64,000 nt of DNA from Bacteroidales bacterium (GTDB taxonomy: Bacteria; Bacteroidota; Bacteroidia; Bacteroidales; UBA10428): assembly GCA_016934055.1 (NCBI GenBank), contig JAFGTR010000008.1, positions 69,435 to 133,434 on the forward strand, read 5' to 3'. The notes below the pieces were generated by a model. It did no database searches and was not told the origin of the DNA. It saw nothing but the letters and a program-made list of their open reading frames with translations. Below, one piece after another: positions 62,087-64,000 of this stretch. The stretch's first letter is position 1. Every line of letters starts with the position of its first letter. Made by a program: the position numbers and the translations under genes.

Positions 62087-63310
62087 TTAATATTGAACCA
62101 TCCAGGCTTCGGGGGCCACCTCTCTTCTGATCCTTTCCATTTCCTGAAGTGCCTTTTCCTTATCTGTGAATGATGCATAGCTTACAGCATGAAGATTGCC
62201 AATAGTGCCAAATTTCATAGCATTATATCCCTTTTTTTTCAACTCTTTTACCATTTCATCAGCATTGACTTCATCGCGAAAACATCCGGCCACGATGTAA
62301 TACTTTTTCCCGCCTGAAATTGTTGATCCAGCCGGTACGACAACCGATGCTTTGTCTTCAACACTACCTTCACTGTAAAAATCATCCTCCTGGAGCTCCT
62401 GAAATTCGGATACAGAATCAGTTAAAACCGGCGCCTCTTCAACAGCTGTATCGGTATCTATTATCCTGCCAAGAGTATCAGGAACCGGCTTAGACAGATT
62501 GTGTGCTCCAAAGAAGCTCTTTATCTGGCTGTTAAAGATAAACCATACGTTAATTAACAGAACAACAATAATGATGAGGATAATCCAGATTAATTGATTT
62601 TTCTTGTTTTTCTTTTCCCGACTGGCAGGAGGTTTTGCCACAGGCGTTCCAGAGACAGTCTGCCTTAAAGGAGCACTTTCCACCGGCCTTGGCCTGACAA
62701 CTTCTTCCGGCTTTACCCCAGGCCTTTTATCCTTATCATCAGAAGCAGACTTTGATTCCGACGGTTTTGCCTCCGCTTTCCCTGTTTCAGAAGCAGATGC
62801 TTTTACAGGCTCAGGTCCGGCTTCTTCCTTTGCAGGTTGTGCTATTTCCTTCTTCTCCTGGCCGGTTTTCGGTGATGCAGGCGGTTTCGCTTTTACTGAT
62901 GCCTCTGTTTTTTCTTCCTGCGAAACAGGTTCATCAGCAGAAGATTCCACATCCTTTTTCTCCTGAACCTTTTTTGCAGCCCTTTTTGGAATATCTTTTC
63001 CGGCCTGGATAAATTCAATTTTTTCATCACCTGCCTTACGCAATGTGCCTATACCCTCGAGTTTCACATCTTTGCCGCTTTCAAGCGCTTTGACAAGGTT
63101 CTCTGTAAATTCGGCAACCTGATGCCTGGCCATTTCTTTTTCAATATTCTCATTTTTAGCTATAAAATCAATCAGCAATCCGTCATTATAACGGAGAAAC
63201 TCGTTAAAAACAAGAACCAACGGCTCTTTCTGCCTGATAATAAAAGCCCCGAAATCAGGGATGATAACCCTGAGATTAGTATTTAACAAGTTAAGTATGT
63301 GCTTTTCCAT
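62087..63310 (-). CDS. SPOR-domain protein with HU-like N-terminal domain, P/K/E-rich linker and one TM
   Basis: The N-terminus (VIIPDFGAFIIRQ..., LEGIGTL) is HU/IHF-like. The middle is low-complexity (KPPASPKTGQEKKEIAQPAKEE). A TM segment (LIWIILIIIVVLLINVWFIF) follows. The C-terminus is SPOR (KYYIVAGCFRDEVNADEMVKELKKKGYNA...). Confidence 0.75.
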   Translation of the reverse strand: MEKHILNLLNTNLRVIIPDFGAFIIRQKEPLVLVFNEFLRYNDGLLIDFIAKNENIEKEMARHQVAEFTENLVKALESGKDVKLEGIGTLRKAGDEKIEFIQAGKDIPKRAAKKVQEKKDVESSADEPVSQEEKTEASVKAKPPASPKTGQEKKEIAQPAKEEAGPEPVKASASETGKAEAKPSESKSASDDKDKRPGVKPEEVVRPRPVESAPLRQTVSGTPVAKPPASREKKNKKNQLIWIILIIIVVLLINVWFIFNSQIKSFFGAHNLSKPVPDTLGRIIDTDTAVEEAPVLTDSVSEFQELQEDDFYSEGSVEDKASVVVPAGSTISGGKKYYIVAGCFRDEVNADEMVKELKKKGYNAMKFGTIGNLHAVSYASFTDKEKALQEMERIRREVAPEAWMVQY

Positions 63311-63509
63311 AACCGGAAAATTATAATGATTTATATACCCGTCCAATTTATTTAATTTGTGAGAATAGAGCCGTTAACTTTAAGAATTTTTATCAACAGG
63401 TTGAGAAAAGAAGAAAATGCTTTTATATCGATTTTTTTTTAATTTCTTTGTTGATATATGTGAATGCTCATGATGAAATCATTTTTTACTAAATCATAAA
63501 ATATTGCCC

Positions 63510-64000
63510 ATGAACCTGAAAAATGTACTTGGCATGGATATTGGCGGTTCAGGAATCAAAGCCGCTCCTGTAAATGTAAAAACGGGTAAATTACTCGATG
63601 AAAAATACCGGATACCCACACCTGATAAATCAACTCCGGAAGCACTTGCTGCTGTCATTGTGCAGCATGTAAAGCATTTTAAATGGAAGGGCGCCATAGG
63701 ATGCGGATTTCCTGCCGTCGTTCAGAATGGTGTTGTCTGTACTGCGGCTAATATCGACAGTTCATGGATCGGAACAAACGGAAACAAGTTGTTTTCGAAA
63801 GCTACAGGATTACCCGTCTGGCTTCTTAACGATGCTGACGCGGCCGGCCTTGCTGAAATTAAACTCGGTGCCGGCGCGGGTTTCAAAGGGGCCATACTGG
63901 TTGTTACTGTTGGCACCGGCATAGGCAGTGCATTATTTGTTAAAGGCAGGTTATACCCCAATTCAGAGCTTGGCCATATTTTCCTTAAAGGACAACAGAA
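63510..64000 (+). CDS. ROK family sugar kinase (polyphosphate/ATP glucokinase-like), 3' end outside the window
   Basis: The translation is MNLKNVLGMDIGGSGIKAAPVNVKTGKLL...LLNDADAAGLAEIKLGAGAGFKGAILVVTVGTGIGSALFVKGRLYPNSELGHI. It is absent from the ORF track because no stop lies in the window. Confidence 0.85.
   Translation, partial: MNLKNVLGMDIGGSGIKAAPVNVKTGKLLDEKYRIPTPDKSTPEALAAVIVQHVKHFKWKGAIGCGFPAVVQNGVVCTAANIDSSWIGTNGNKLFSKATGLPVWLLNDADAAGLAEIKLGAGAGFKGAILVVTVGTGIGSALFVKGRLYPNSELGHIFLKGQQ

Noticed and set aside
62604-63012. Antisense ORFs (62604..62966, 62752..63012) lie opposite the SPOR-protein linker.
   Set aside because: They are low-complexity products of the P/K/E/A-rich linker region. 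The sense frame has HU-like and SPOR domains.
1-64000. I considered whether a mobile element or genomic island explains the accessory-looking content.
   Set aside because: I saw no integrase, transposase, tRNA attachment site, long terminal repeats or phage structural genes. The tail-fibre-like and SprB proteins occur in ordinary chromosomal context.

Overview
This 64-kb chromosomal window looks like an anaerobic member of the Bacteroidota. Supporting signs are a T9SS sorting domain, SprB repeats, an ECF-sigma/FecR/TonB-receptor triad, TAnnTTTG-type promoter boxes, no Shine-Dalgarno sites, and FeoAB plus NifX-like/DUF134 genes. I call about 70 protein genes. I found no rRNA, tRNA, CRISPR, transposase or integrase. 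The main blocks are: (1) a tightly packed thioredoxin/TrxB island with an orphan GroES-like gene and a divergent Crp/Fnr regulator; (2) two ECF-sigma modules, one FecI/FecR/TonB-receptor type and one sigma/zf-anti-sigma/Spy-like type, flanking a set of secreted and outer-membrane proteins; (3) ArsR-feoA-feoB; (4) a DUF134/Cys-rich/AbrB-like/Dps cluster; (5) a His-rich membrane protein, a TonB receptor and cobO; (6) a 2204-aa protein with 27 SprB repeats and an OmpA C-terminus; (7) a four-domain CoA-disulfide-reductase/rhodanese/TusA/DsrE fusion; (8) a thiamine salvage operon controlled by a TPP riboswitch; (9) a NifX-like/DUF5320/DUF89/MinD-ferredoxin x2/Mrp/radical-SAM cluster; (10) an O-methyltransferase, a membrane-fused spermidine-synthase-like protein, a GH9 enzyme, a SPOR protein and a ROK kinase. 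The strongest unexplained signal is a 20-bp palindrome, AA(A/T)TGAAC-N4-GTTCAT(A/T)T. It occurs five times, always in promoter regions. It links ArsR-feoAB to the DUF134 cluster, a glyoxalase/ICMT pair, an MBL-hydrolase/metal-exporter pair and the NifX/MinD/radical-SAM cluster. I read this as one dispersed metal-responsive regulon around an uncharacterised metallocluster system. All functional calls come from reading the translations by eye, with no database search.
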